A stretch of 63,971 nt of DNA, the filler included, from Catajapyx aquilonaris (lineage: Eukaryota), in the NCBI GenBank assembly GCA_000934665.2. It is 4 parts of 4 records of this genome, joined end to end, with 100 filler letters (N's around TTAATTAATTAA, not from the genome) between each part and the next. Parts side by side here need not be neighbours in the genome. Positions count along the whole stretch, not along the records: positions 1 to 16,208 come from JYFJ02007385.1; positions 16,309 to 32,113 come from JYFJ02007387.1; 2 more parts are not named here. One strand, given 5' to 3'. The notes below the pieces were generated by a model. The model worked only from the letters and a program-made list of their open reading frames with translations. It ran no database searches and had not been told where the DNA came from. Both the position numbers and the translations under genes were made by a program. This document shows positions 13,601-25,736 of the stretch, one piece after another (the first letter of the stretch is position 1; every line of letters begins with the position of its first letter).

Positions 13601-14840
13601 AAAAATCATTATCGCATTCACACCTGAAGTTTCTGATTTACAGTATGATGAAGTGGTTTATTTTCCGTTTCCGAGTCCATCAGAAACTTTCCAAAGTGTC
13701 GTTGGAAACATGTCCAATACAGGCTGCTTTTCATTCTCCACACATCGGGAACACGCAGAAATATTTCACTTTGTAAACAATGTGGGTTACGTTTGCCGTC
13801 GTTTGCCGTCTCCGTCGTTACAGATTGGCATCCCGATATTTCACATTCCTGCAGTTATTCAACCCAAGGCAAGGGTATAGTATTCACCTCACAATAAAAA
13901 GCACAACAATGTAAATGACAATTATTAGCATAAAGACTGCCATAAAAACATGCATAGGCCACCTACAGTATACTTCGGAAGTGCGATTGTGTTTCCGTTA
14001 AACTTATTTAGAGAGGGTGATATGTACCTCACATTTTTATTTGGCGTTATGGTATTCTACTACTTGTAACATGAATATAATTTGCACACAAAAGAATAAG
14101 CAAAGCACTTGCTTGATTTAAAATGGGCACTATACCTTGTCGATCGACGAAGCAGTTGGTTGCGATACAACTGCAACGATTCCATAGGTCCCAAAATTTT
14201 CTGCACTACGAAGGTGCGTGCTGATGGCAAGAAAATGTCAGGGAACCAAAACTTATTCATCAGACTAGTGTCCATGATTAGTGGTTCAGTAGATGCAGCC
14301 TCCCTGAGGGATTCATTCAGTACGATGCGGGATTCTTTCCAATACTGACGTAGGTATGCACTGAATGTCACTTCCTGGCAAGGGGATGACAGAAAGTAAG
14401 TGATATTGGTGACAGACGCAGATGTCCAATTTGATGTGCCAAGGTCTACACGCAAATGTCATGTACAAAAGAGCTCTAATGACTAAATAAGAAAGTGTTG
14501 ACACTAGAGTAATTGGTACTCACTGATTTGTCCTCTCGCACTTCGGACACTTTGCGGATGAGCAGTGACAGCTTGACATCAATTGGTTTTCCTGCAAGAG
14601 GCACGTACGTTCATTGCCAATAAACGGTATAAGACATATAAGAACTTGCCGTTTTCCCCACGCGGAGGTTCATTGATGTTGTAACCACGATCGAATGTAA
14701 AGTCGTTTTCTGTGACAAGCGTGTTGGCGTCCGCTAACAGTCGGCTGCATACAACGTAGCATGACATTAAATTACGATTATTGGATAAATCGTATGTTGC
14801 TATACCTGATCAAGAAAAGGAAGATTGGTGGCCACACCAT
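10637..14840 (-). CDS. Cys-loop ligand-gated ion channel subunit, paralog 2; complete, 437 aa, predicted anion-selective (GABA/glycine-receptor-like orphan)
   Basis: Exons 14840-14806, 14744-14650, 14591-14524, 14374-14136, 12838-12756, 11663-11523, 11440-11242 and 11090-10637 total 1314 nt in an open frame. Motifs: signal peptide, FWFPD, Cys loop CPMDFRLYPLDVQEC, TM1 QTYLPSALFVAVSWISF, TM2 VPGRMVLLVTTLLTL, TM3 IEIWIIACILFVFCALLEY, TM4 IIFPASFMFFIVFYW. Intron 2 is GC-AG. Confidence 0.95.
11912..12318. mobile_element. MITE with ~55-bp perfect inverted arms in intron 5 of channel gene 2
   Basis: GTAAATACGGTAATCGGTGTCATGCCTAACCCGCTCAGGCATGTCTGGCGTTACC at 11912 and its exact reverse complement ending at 12318. 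The core is TA-flanked, suggesting Tc1/mariner type. Confidence 0.85.
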
Positions 14841-16171
14841 TGCTACACCTTCACGTCTAGTTCAGCAGAGACATGCCGCGAATTTTCTGCTGGTTTGACT
14901 GTTATTTCCCACGCACAGTTTATTCGCAGGCCAATGGGGAAACAGCATTTCGAGGAAAATAGGGGACCAACCATTATCGGTGTAACATGAGTTGGGAGCT
15001 ACTGTATGCGACCGAGTGAGTCCCTTTTAGGTATTAGATGACAAAGATAGGCATTAGTTATTGGCGTCTCAGTCCGACCTTGGGTAGGGTATTACGGCTT
15101 CTCGTCGAAATTCAATTCTGCAATGACGTTAATGCTTACTGCGAATACGCAATACGTGGGGGAATTATTACTGAATAAATTGTGCCACTTTTGTTCCAAG
15201 AGTAGCAAAGGCTTCACTGTATATCACTATACTGTACTCTGGATGACACGTGTACTATAGGGTCATACCCGTGAGAGGTTCATCTATCATTCAAGAACAC
15301 TGACATGACGACCGACATGGAATGGTACCGGAGTACTTGCTTATGACCTTCATCATCATAAACTGTAGAGAATAATTAACTGCACGCTTTCAGAGACTTG
15401 CTAGGACTACCATCTATTGTTTCTGATAATCTCCGTAACACGCACTGTACACTAAATATGCATAAGTCTTAATAATTGTGCTCTATATAGCAATGAGAGT
15501 TATAGGCTACTTTTGGTTCAAACTTTGTGTAGGCTACGTGAGAGCAAAATATGCTGACTCGGGAGAGTAGGCCACTTGAGTAATCATGTAATCACACATA
15601 ATCATGATCACGATTTAATGCTTTTCTCTAGAAAATCATTACGCGTAATCCGCGTAATCAATAGTATATAGTGATGAATTCTCCGAAAATGTGTTCTTCC
15701 TCAACTTACCTCAAGATTATGCAGTGAAGTGGTCAAATTTGGCGTCTTTAGGATCCGCTGTATATTGATACCCTTTTTATTGCTAACAATGAGTACATGC
15801 AACAGCTGCAAGACTTTCCTCCTTTTCCCTTTTTAAAACTCTTTATGTAACTTTGTTATTCCCACGTTATCCAGCTGCTTATCCCCCATATTGCAGCACT
15901 TAGCATTATTTGTGAATGGCATTATCTTGAAAACTACAAGTACATAAGCATGAGAACATAAATATACCCCCCCCCCACACACACTTTATTGTAAGGTGCG
16001 GAAAACCCGAGGGAAAACCCTATCTTTCAAAGTGAATTAATAATTATCATAATTAGTGTGCCTATAATACAGAGTAGTTTACGTCACATGACATCACTTC
16101 GGCTAGTTTTTCAAGAGATGGCATCATTTACAAAGTGGTAGGAGATGTGAAAATTAGTCCACATGGCCATC

Positions 16172-16208
<37 letters not shown>

Positions 16209-16308
16209 NNNNNNNNNNNNNNNNNNNNNNNNNNNNNNNNNNNNNNNNNNNNTTAATTAATTAANNNNNNNNNNNNNNNNNNNNNNNNNNNNNNNNNNNN
16301 NNNNNNNN
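16209..16308. other. Artificial contig linker / assembly gap
   Basis: 44 N + TTAATTAATTAA (stop codons in all six frames) + 44 N. Confidence 0.98.
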
Positions 16309-16529
16309 GTGCCTACGTCATGCGTATGCTAATATGACAGAACTCGCGCTCTCTAAGTACCGGGTACAGTGGGAGTATAATTTGACACCAAACACTGACA
16401 TGATTTGATCTGTCCAATGCAGTACTAGTGTATTGCTCTTTGTTGGTCACTTATGATTTATTTCAGATCAGTACAAACGATAGATCTTCGCTTGGATGGT
16501 CCACGTGCATGCACACTGTTTGCGTTTTG

Positions 16530-17150
16530 GCTTATCGCGCGTGAAAGACCAATTTCGGTCTCGTAGAGTTTTCGGAAATATTGGCCAGACATTTCCAGCT
16601 TCATTTTAAGAGTCATTCAAAAAAAAATCAAAAACGTCCAAGTTTGATAAAAATCAAAATCAAAATTGGAGCGCCAATTTTTGACTTTAAATTTTTGATT
16701 CACGTAATCATCAGTATGGCCATCTCATAGAGCGTTAAAATACGTATCCAACGCATACATCAAGTTTAGCATTTGCACTTGTCCTCTGGGAGTTATGGTA
16801 ATCCAAGTGACTGCATGCTAAGCAAAAATCCGTACACGGGTTGCGTTGCGGCTTATAGCGCGAGAAAGACCAATTTCGGTCTCGGGGAGTTTTCTAAAAT
16901 ATCGGCCAGACAAGTTCAGCTTCATTTTAAGAGTCATTCAAAAAAAATCAAAAATGTCCAAGTTTGAGAAAAATCACAATCAAAATTGGAGCGCCAATTT
17001 TTGACTTTAAATTTTTGATTCTCTTAATCATCGGTATGGCCATCTTATAGAGCGTTAAAATACGTATCCAACGCATACATCAAGTTTAGCATTTGCACTT
17101 ATCCTCTGGGAGTTATGGTAATCCAAGTGACTGCATGCGTTGCAAAAATC
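16530..17150. repeat. Direct tandem duplication, ~321-bp unit, 2 copies
   Basis: GCTTAT.GCGCG.GAAAGACCAATTTCGGTCTCG starts at 16530 and 16851, and the near-identity continues through GGTAATCCAAGTGACTGCATGC. Confidence 0.9.
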
Positions 17151-17411
17151 CGCATAAATTGGTAGATTCCGCACCCTGTAGTTACGCAACCACACAACGC
17201 AGAGGTATAATATTTTGGCTTCCGGCATAGGTCGATGAGCAGTACATGTCATTACAATTTGGTCACAGTCCTCGAAGATTTGTCGGAAAGGTGGCCCGCT
17301 TGACGTGGAATGCCTCATAGGTATATGTGTAGCTCGATTCACAATAGGTAATCCGACATAAGCCGAGATTTCACTTTCATTCGCCTAATCCTAATCTTCT
17401 GAAGCTCAGGA

Positions 17412-20002
17412 GCATTTTAGCCCCTTCGCTATACTAGATAGGCCCGAACCACATACGATCGTAGATTTTGACTTTTACGCCTATACTCCGAAGATACGCA
17501 CAAGATATTTTACAAATAATAACCGCTATATATTACCTAATCGGGGAAAACACTATTGATAGGCCTAGAACAATTTTACTCGTCTAGAAGTCCCTAAATT
17601 AATTTCCAAAAAGGGCATGAAAACTCGAAATTCGCGTACTGCCGACCAACTGTTAGGCTGATTTAAGGTGGTTGGGTAGTTATGGCCCCATCCTAAGAAG
17701 TTCATGAAAGTTGCACGATTTACAGAAAAAAGTGCGCTCTTTAAAATAAACCCATAAAAAGGGGTAGGGGAGACCGGGGCACAGTGGACCACTTTTGCAC
17801 ATTTGAATTTTTATATACCTACCTGTTATACCTACACACCCAATATTTTCAGGCGTGGTGGAGATACTCCTTGGTAATATAAGTCACTACTATATTCACA
17901 GGCAGTGCCATCCTTTTGGCTTTAAAAAAAATTAGAAACGACCCCCTGCAAATGGTCCACTGTACCCCCGATAGGTGGGGCACAGTGGTCCGGAAGTGAT
18001 TGGGACCCCTAATTCACACAAGAAGTTTATTACCATTGCCTAACATTTTTTACAGCTGTTCATTTTGAGGAATGTGTCAACATCACAGTTTTGCCCCTTT
18101 TTCTACCAATTTGACATTTTAAAAATCATTGTCTCACTTTTTTTTACAGCTGTTCATTTGGAGGGTGGTTTGTCAAAATCACAGTTTTGCTCTTTTTTCT
18201 ACCTAATTCACATTTTTAAAAAGAATTGTCTCACATTTGTTTTACAGCAGTTCATTTCGGGACACAGTGTGCATTTCGTGGCACAGTGGTACATGGACCA
18301 CTGTGCCCCGGACAGCAGTAACTGACATAATGCTATGATTGTAACTTCGATTGAAAGTTAGGCTTACCAAACTTCCGGTATTCATGGACAAAGGGTGGTA
18401 CTATTCCACAAGATTTTTATATCAGGCTCATGCCCAACATCTACGCCTGAAGTGGCATTTAAACTGTGGGTTAGTAATTTACTTCACTTATCTTCAAATC
18501 GATTTCGCTGGATATCTATCGATTGATCGATCGCTAGCCGTTGCCACCCATGTTGGCAGGAGCATGGCAGTGACTTCTTTCACGAGGTACCAGATGAAAA
18601 AAATTTGGCGACTTTTTCGATTTTTAAAATGGAAAGGTCCACTGTGCCCCGTGGTCCACTGTGCCTCAGTCTCCCCTACTTACCGTTCAATTTATTGAAC
18701 CACCGATACCTAAACATAGCTAATTTTATCATTGGCCTTATGGAAAAACGGAAAGAAACAGCAAAAAAAGCCAAAAAGCTTCCTTTAAAATCCTAACATA
18801 TGTACATACAACTATTCTCTTGAAAGCTTGAACTGTGTAGAGTTAATTAGTCGCGGAAAATCGCAATGTTACCGGCTCCGTTCAGCAGTAATTATCAATT
18901 AACTGGACGTAGTGCGGTAGCGGGATGTACGAAGCGGCAACGCCGCGCCGGTGGAGGGAGTGCCGTTTCGATACGCAGGATCATCGATATGCATTAATAA
19001 TATTCATCAATGTCATGTTTCCATTGTCCCCATATATAGTACCTTTGAAGATTTCTGCTACAAAAATATTTGATTATGGCAATTTTAAGGTGATAATCAC
19101 AGTTCTGTCAGTATGGACTCCCTTTATATTCCCTGACGATACACTTCCTTGTATGACGATTGATGACCATTTACCTCTTTTCCTTGGTGACAGTCAACAA
19201 ACTGCAGGTCAAAAACATTCGATCACATTCACATCACATCCGATCCGGCTTCGGATGGGGGTCGCCATTGTGAAAGGGATTGCGCTGTTGCCGGACCTCA
19301 CTACCAACCTAGGCACAAAAAGGTGCCGCAAAGAGGGACGCTAATAATGTCGAATATTGTTAAAGTATGACTTTGGTCCCGGACATATTTGTTGCATTTG
19401 GTTCGTAGGTTCAATCGAGAGTCCATTTCGGGATGCTAAGGCCATATATTAAGGCCTTTTTAGATCATGTCAAACAATTTATACGGCCACAAGCTCATCA
19501 AGGTTGGCAAGCCTGCTGACAGCTCCCTGAACCATTCACTTTCTACGCCAAAAATATTCTTTTTTTGCAGTTTATACCTAAAAATCAGTGCAGTTTCCGA
19601 TATTCTAAGTAGTAGTCTTGTAAGTAGGGAGCCCTTGTTCCGAATTTTAAGTTCAACTGCTTGTAGCATGTTTTTACAGACTCTGATTTGACGTTAGATT
19701 CACTACCCCACCACCTTAATCATGAAATACGCTAAAATATACGGAACAACAACCTTGAGAACCATGCCAGACGGATTTGCTGAAATCGTCGTACTTTGCG
19801 AGAAATAAATTAATTCTTATTTGCTGCTTTCTGGCACTTCGCGAGAAGCAAATAAATGTGGGAGTTTTGTGAAGTGCCAGAAAGCCGCATATAAGTATTA
19901 AGTATATAGCTGTTATTATTTTGTAAAATATCTTGCGAGTGTCTTCGGAGTAAGCCGAAATCTATGTGGTTCGGGCCTATCTGATGCGACTCCCTAAAAT
20001 GC
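17412..20002. mobile_element. Putative non-autonomous DNA element with long degenerate inverted ends
   Basis: 17438-17533 (GATAGGCCCGAACCACATA...TACTCCGAAGATACGCACAAGATATTTTACAAATAATAACCGCTATATA) is an inverted match to 19903-19983. Confidence 0.55.
17764..18679. mobile_element. MITE (Tc1/pogo-like), nested inside the previous element
   Basis: TIR GTAGGGGAGACCGGGGCACAGTGGACCAC / GTGGTCCACTGTGCCTCAGTCTCCCCTAC, with internal repeats of the GGGGCACAGTGG motif in both orientations. Confidence 0.8.
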
Positions 20003-20384
20003 CAGATTTTTGACAGACTCTCCTATTTTCCATGGGTTTTATTTGCTTTGTGTCCTGCCTATGAGATTACATGGTTCCCTATACCAGCACCTCTGAGGTC
20101 CCGATTTCGACTCCCGGATTGGACGAGAAGTCATACTGTACAGATAGAGTTGCCTTGTGGGTTATCTCCTGGTTATTCGCGTGGGTTTTATGGGGCGGTG
20201 TCCCGTTTATTTCCAGTCAAAATCCATCAGCAGCGGGTGATCTTGGAGGTAAAGAGTAACAAATGGTCTCCTAAAAGGCCACGTGTAGGGTACCACGACC
20301 CTCATTATTGCGTTGAGTTGATACGACGGTATCGTGTGCTGTCGCCATTCCGTATAGGTATACCATTGTTGAGAGCGATTATCA

Positions 20385-20532
20385 CAAGGGGGTAATCACT
20401 CGACTGAAAAGTGTACACTGGAGTACCAAATTCAAGGAGTACCAAGGGGTAATAAAGAGTGAGGTACCTGAGGAGTACCAGGGAGTACCACTCGCAGGTG
20501 TACACCGGAGTACCGAAGTGATTACCCCCTTG
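20385..20532. mobile_element. 148-bp MITE (hAT- or P-type) directly upstream of the DEG/ENaC start codon
   Basis: Perfect 16-bp TIR CAAGGGGGTAATCACT, perfect 8-bp TSD GATTATCA (20377-20384, 20533-20540), and five internal GGAGTACC motifs. Confidence 0.9.
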
Positions 20533-20547
20533 GATTATCATCAGACG

Positions 20548-23500
20548 ATGCCGTACAACACCATGATGATGAATAGGGGGGACCCCGGCCACCATCAGAA
20601 GCCTACTTGGACGACGTACGGCACTTCGCCGTGGTTGCAGGTGAATAAGAACAACAGGACGCCTGCGTGGCTGGCCTGGGAGGCAGCCGGCGGAGGAGGA
20701 GGCGTCGCAGGAGGGACCAGGTCTGGCAGCAGCCAGGAGGCGTCCATCACCGTCGAGACGGTCAGGGACTACGTGGAAAACACGTCCCTGCACGGCCTCA
20801 AGTACACCATCGAGGAGTCGTTCAGCATTTGGGAAAGGTCAGCATCAGGGAGGGACAATATTAAGGGATGAGGCATCAGCTCATCGTCTGTAATGAGTAC
20901 ACCGTCGATGATGGATTCCTCCTGCTTTTCCTTCAGGATCCTCTGGTTCCTGATATGCTGCGCTGCAGTGGCCGGAGCGGTGGTGTTCCTGGAGCCCTTC
21001 TTCACCAAGTACTTGGACGTGCCCCTGTCCACCAGCATCAAATCCACCGCCGAGCCCATCTGGCACCTGCTCTTCCCAGCAGTCACCATCTGCAACATCA
21101 ACAAGGCCAGGACAGACAGCGTAATCGAGCTCTACAACACGCCACCGTGAGTCTAGTGGTCACAATAATAATTACAATATATTATATATGCGTATAATAT
21201 ATACTGCATGTGTTGTGGTCCATATCCTGCCTGCTACATGTTCCCCTTTTTTCGGTAGGACGGCAGACTGGCAGAGTAGATCTTGAGGAAATTTTTGGCG
21301 AAAAGCTGAACATTTGTTGAGTGTAAAGATTGCTTTTTGCAAACATGCAGAATATTTATCATTATGGCTTGACATTTACAGAGGATTACCAATTAAGTTA
21401 AAATCACGGCTTCCGGACATTTTGCGACAAAGAAATGGCCAAACTGGTCACATAACACTATAGTTACACTGTAATAATATATTATGTAGTCTTCACTGAG
21501 GGAATATACGGTATGCTGGATTAACCTATTGTTTACTGGCAGGTGGAACAAGTACTCCAACGAGTCTATGCACAAAGTGATCGACCTGATGAGCACTGTA
21601 GGTATGGTGAAGCTGAAGGATGGCCCAGACTATGACGGGGAGGTCAGAAAAATTGTGGACGAGGAGAAGGAGAACATCGACGACCTCATGAGAGCAGTGA
21701 GTGTCACCTCCTCCAGTCCAGCACCATGATTGCAAATCTTTCACAACCCTTAGCTACAAAATAGGAATAGAGTAATGGCTGCTGGTGGAGGGTGGAACTT
21801 TCAAGATCACAAGAGTTGGCTAGCCGAATTCACTGTCACGCTGAATTGAACCAGAGAGTGAATGGTAGGCGGGAGAGACCTGGAACAGACTTCGGTGGAA
21901 TTAATTCAATTTTGAACATCGAGTGGGAGTGAATGGGCAACGGAGGATTAATGGAAGTAGCCTACCTGTGGATGTGGGGCGTAGGCACGGGATGGAGAAG
22001 ACATGGCCCAGAAGGGAGTTTAATTGCACAATAAGTGCAACAGTAGAAACAAAAAGAAACGAATAGAACGTGGTAATTAAATGGAGAGTATAGAAATGCG
22101 CAGAAATAGGATACGTAATATTGAATCAGAAGTGAATGAAATCTGTAATATGCAGAGAAATGGCAAAAATTAACCCTCTGGGTGTGATCAATGAATAGGG
22201 AATAAGACAGAAATGCGACAAATAAAAATTGATGGACATGTAAAGGGGGTGAGCGTTCCCATCGGGTCAGTGATACCGTGCCCTCCACTGCAGGTGATGC
22301 AGCCCATTACCAAGATGGGCCGTAAGTGCTGGTGGATGGGCCAGAGGACAAACTGCAGCGAACTGTTTAACCTGAGGAGAACTGACGAGGGCTACTGCTG
22401 GGGATTCCACTCCATCTCCATGAAGATAGATCCGGCCACGGAGAAAGACGCCAGGTAGTATGGCGACCAGGCTCATTAGCATTATGCCTAAAAATATTTT
22501 TTTTGTCCCACCCCCTCGGCTGCTGTTCCCAGCTCTTCTTTGGGGGAGGTCGCCCCGAGGAGAGTGAACGGCGCGGGGCCAAACATGGGCCTGACCATGC
22601 TACTCGACCCAGAGGTCGACCAGTACCCATCGAACAGCTCCGTCAGCGATTTCAAAGGGTTCAAAGTGAGTGCCCCATGCAGATTATCATAATTATGACG
22701 GACCAGTGGCTGAATTTGCTTCCTTTTTATCTAATACATATTTCACAACGTATATCCTCTTGATACCGATTCCACTCAATACGGAGGCCTCGACGATGCC
22801 CCAGGGGGTAGTTTTTAACGGGGAAGGTTTTTAGCACATTAGACTTGACCTTTTTTGAGTCTAGATACCAAACAACAACAACAACAACAACAACAACAGC
22901 AACAACCACATCACGACATTTCCCTATAAGGGGTAGTCAGCGATGACGGGAGCCACAAGCTAACCCAAAATGAACTGAATTAAAAATGGTGAAAATCAGT
23001 CTATAAACCACCCATCCGGCCCCCCACCCCTGCCCATCTCAGACGACAAACTCTCAATATTAAATTTAAAATTTAAATATTACACGACTATGCAGCGCGG
23101 TGCTTGAGAAAGCGAGTCGCACTTATTGCTCAAGACATGCTGAGGCTATTCTTGAACGCCCGTTGTGCACAGGTGCTGCTTCACGACACGACCGAGTTTG
23201 CTAGCATGGCGACACAGGCCTTCTTGGTCAACCCAGGGAGGAAGGTCTTCGTGGCTGTCTCTGCCCATGAGACCAAGTCCACTGAGAACGTGCGGGACAC
23301 GCCCAAGAAGGAGCGAAGGTGCAGGTACACCAGTGAGGAGAACCTCCAGCACTACTCCAAGTACAACTATGCCAACTGCTTCTTCGAGTGCCAAATCAAG
23401 ACCATGACTGAGGTCTGCGGATGTGTGCCGTACATTTACTCGCAGCTGGGTAGGTACTGCAGTATATTGCAAAGCTTTAATTCAGTGCACATGAACAGCT

Positions 23501-24493
23501 AAGCAAATAAGGGTGACACTACCTCGAGTATTTCCGTTTTCCCCCTAGTGGGAGTGAATCTATGCAATTACGATGGAACAATGTGCATCTCCAACAACTC
23601 AAGTAAAGTATAGGCTGTTTCCTTTTTTGTGCCACTGGACTGGCACCGTTACCTAACAACAACTTGCTTGCAGGGAAGTTTTCATCTGTGCAGCCTCTAG
23701 ACACAGGGCAATGGGAAGGGTTGGATGACAGTGATTCGATGAGTTGTGCCAGATCATGCAGGAACAACTGTGTGGAGGTCAAGTACATACCAGAGATCAC
23801 CTCCCTGACGGTCTCCCCGCGCAGCAGGGACGACGACATAATCAACTCAACCCTCAAGTGAGAATTTTGGACGCTTCCTTTGCCTTTTTGCACAACTAGT
23901 CACGTGGTCATGGCACACCTGTCATACCTTATTGCCTTCTTGTATCCTCAGGGATTCTTATGTGTTTCTGCGAGTCTTCTTCAAGGCCTTGACCTACGTG
24001 CAGTACAGTCAAGACGTGCAGTACACTGTGAACGACCTGGTTGGCAAGTACTCATCGACATAACTCATTACAGCGATCAGGTTAACGTTAATCCACATGA
24101 TGAACAATGCATGTAAAAGTCATCTTCTTGCTCCCTGGTCGCACATAACAAGAGATGGTGCACTCCTAGAGCCAATGTGACAGTTGTACAGGTCATTCTA
24201 CTTTGTAGTTGATAGAGATAATATGTTAGAGGGGGACACAGGCGGATAGTGAGTGGGGTGGCAGCTAGAATGATGGTGATGGTGATGATGATGATCGTGG
24301 AAATGTTTTGCTTTCTTGTTCCCCAGCCACTTTCGGTGGGATCGTGGGGTTATTCATTGGGTTCAGCTTCGTGAGTGCGGCCGAGCTGGTCTACTTCTTC
24401 ACCATCAGGCCCGTCTTCAGGTGGTTCAGGAGGAAGCCAGAAAGGGCAGGGACCGCTTCTTCTGCCGTGAGACCCAGTTACTACGCCCCCTGA
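20548..24493 (+). CDS. DEG/ENaC (pickpocket-like, amiloride-sensitive sodium channel family) subunit, 573 aa
   Basis: Exons 20548-20837, 20937-21146, 21543-21696, 22294-22454, 22533-22665, 23173-23449, 23549-23602, 23674-23857, 23952-24043 and 24327-24493 total 1722 nt in an open frame. Motifs: NTSLHGLKY, TM1, FPAVTICN, TDEGYC, Cys-rich YNYANCFFECQ..CGCVPY, TM2 FGGIVGLFIGFSFVSAAELVYF. The last intron is GC-AG; AATAAA is at 24669. The choice of start ATG is uncertain. Confidence 0.93.
22871..23045 (-). mobile_element. Short 3' fragment of the RTE LINE family seen at 62161-63575, in DEG/ENaC intron 5
   Basis: (AAC)n tail followed by CACGACATTTCCCTAT.AGGGGTAGTCAGCGATGA...CAAGCTAACCCAA, matching 62180-62240. 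Confidence 0.85.
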
Positions 24494-24779
24494 TGAAGCA
24501 CTTCCAAGGGTCCAGCAAGAACCAAACTAGGAACATTTAAACCAATCCATGGACGTGCAGTGAACTACTCCTTATGGTTTGACACAGCCTCCCCCTGCTC
24601 ATGTCACATGCCACGCTGTGTCTTGGTGGAGACGAATGCCCCTCTGACCGTGCAATTTTGTCGAATGTAATAAAATCACAGCAGGAGGTTTGCTTCATGT
24701 GTGACTATACCTGGGCCTCACTCAGTTTGCGTTCATCTAGTCAAGGAGAAACCTCCGCCACTGGGACCTCCCTCTAGTG

Positions 24780-25456
24780 CAGCGGTTCTCAACCGGTGCG
24801 GTGGGGCGCGCCTCCCTGGGAGCGCGCGAAGGGGTGGCAGGGGGCGAATCCAAAACTGATGTGAGTCGAAACAGGCGCAAAAGTCGCACTGATTAGGTAA
24901 GAACTACTTCTCAGGGCTTACTGTAGCGTGCAGTTCTGCACAATTTGTGCAGTTCTAAAATCCAAATTGTGCAGTTCTGAATAACGATTTGTGCAGTCAG
25001 ATAATAGCAGACAAGTGTATCATATCCGGATTCAACTGCACTTGTACATTGGCACTGCTGGAAATATGAAGGGACCGGGATTTTTACTTGCTTATATCCG
25101 ATGTGCTTACAGTATAGGATGATGCCACTGTACTTTGTCAGTTACATTCACCTAAGCTTGTGTGACCTTGAAAACACTAAAATTTCGCCTGCGGCGGGCG
25201 GGCTTATTGGCTCTTTGCTCATTTGCCACATTAGTATATTACGACAAGTTGAACATATGCATTTATCCGGTTCTAAAAATTTATTAGAATAAGCTCTGGC
25301 ACTTCTGTACATTCCTAAACTACTTACTGGACTACTTACTAGTAGTGAAGTTGTCGTAGTGCTGTCGTAGTGCCTAGATGGGGGGAGGGGAAGGGGGGGC
25401 GATATGTGGAATTACTTACCAGGGGGGCCCGCTGTGGCAAAGGTTGAGAACCGCTG
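24780..25456. mobile_element. hAT (Charlie/Buster-type) MITE, 677 bp
   Basis: 15-bp TIR CAGCGGTTCTCAACC / GGTTGAGAACCGCTG and perfect 8-bp TSD CTCTAGTG (24772-24779, 25457-25464). Confidence 0.92.
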
Positions 25457-25736
25457 CTCTAGTGAAAGGTGCGACATCATGCTCCTGTCATGATAATAAG
25501 TGACGCTACAGCATGTGAGATGCAGTACCCTCCTGAAATTGTCACCTGAATGCAACTACAGGCATTGAAAAATTGCATGTCACTTTGAATGTTCAATAAT
25601 ACAACAGCTGAGGACAAGTGCACTTGTTGTCATTTAGGAAAAAATCTCACATCTTTTTACATAAATTTAGTTTTGCACAGAGGGGCGTGTAAAACCCATG
25701 ACAGACATTCTCGTGCTTTCCACTTAGGCTTCTATT

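Noticed and set aside
10637..24493. Apparent 'sensory ion-channel cluster' of Cys-loop and DEG/ENaC genes arranged head-to-head
   Set aside because: They are on different contigs separated by a synthetic linker, so linkage is unsupported.
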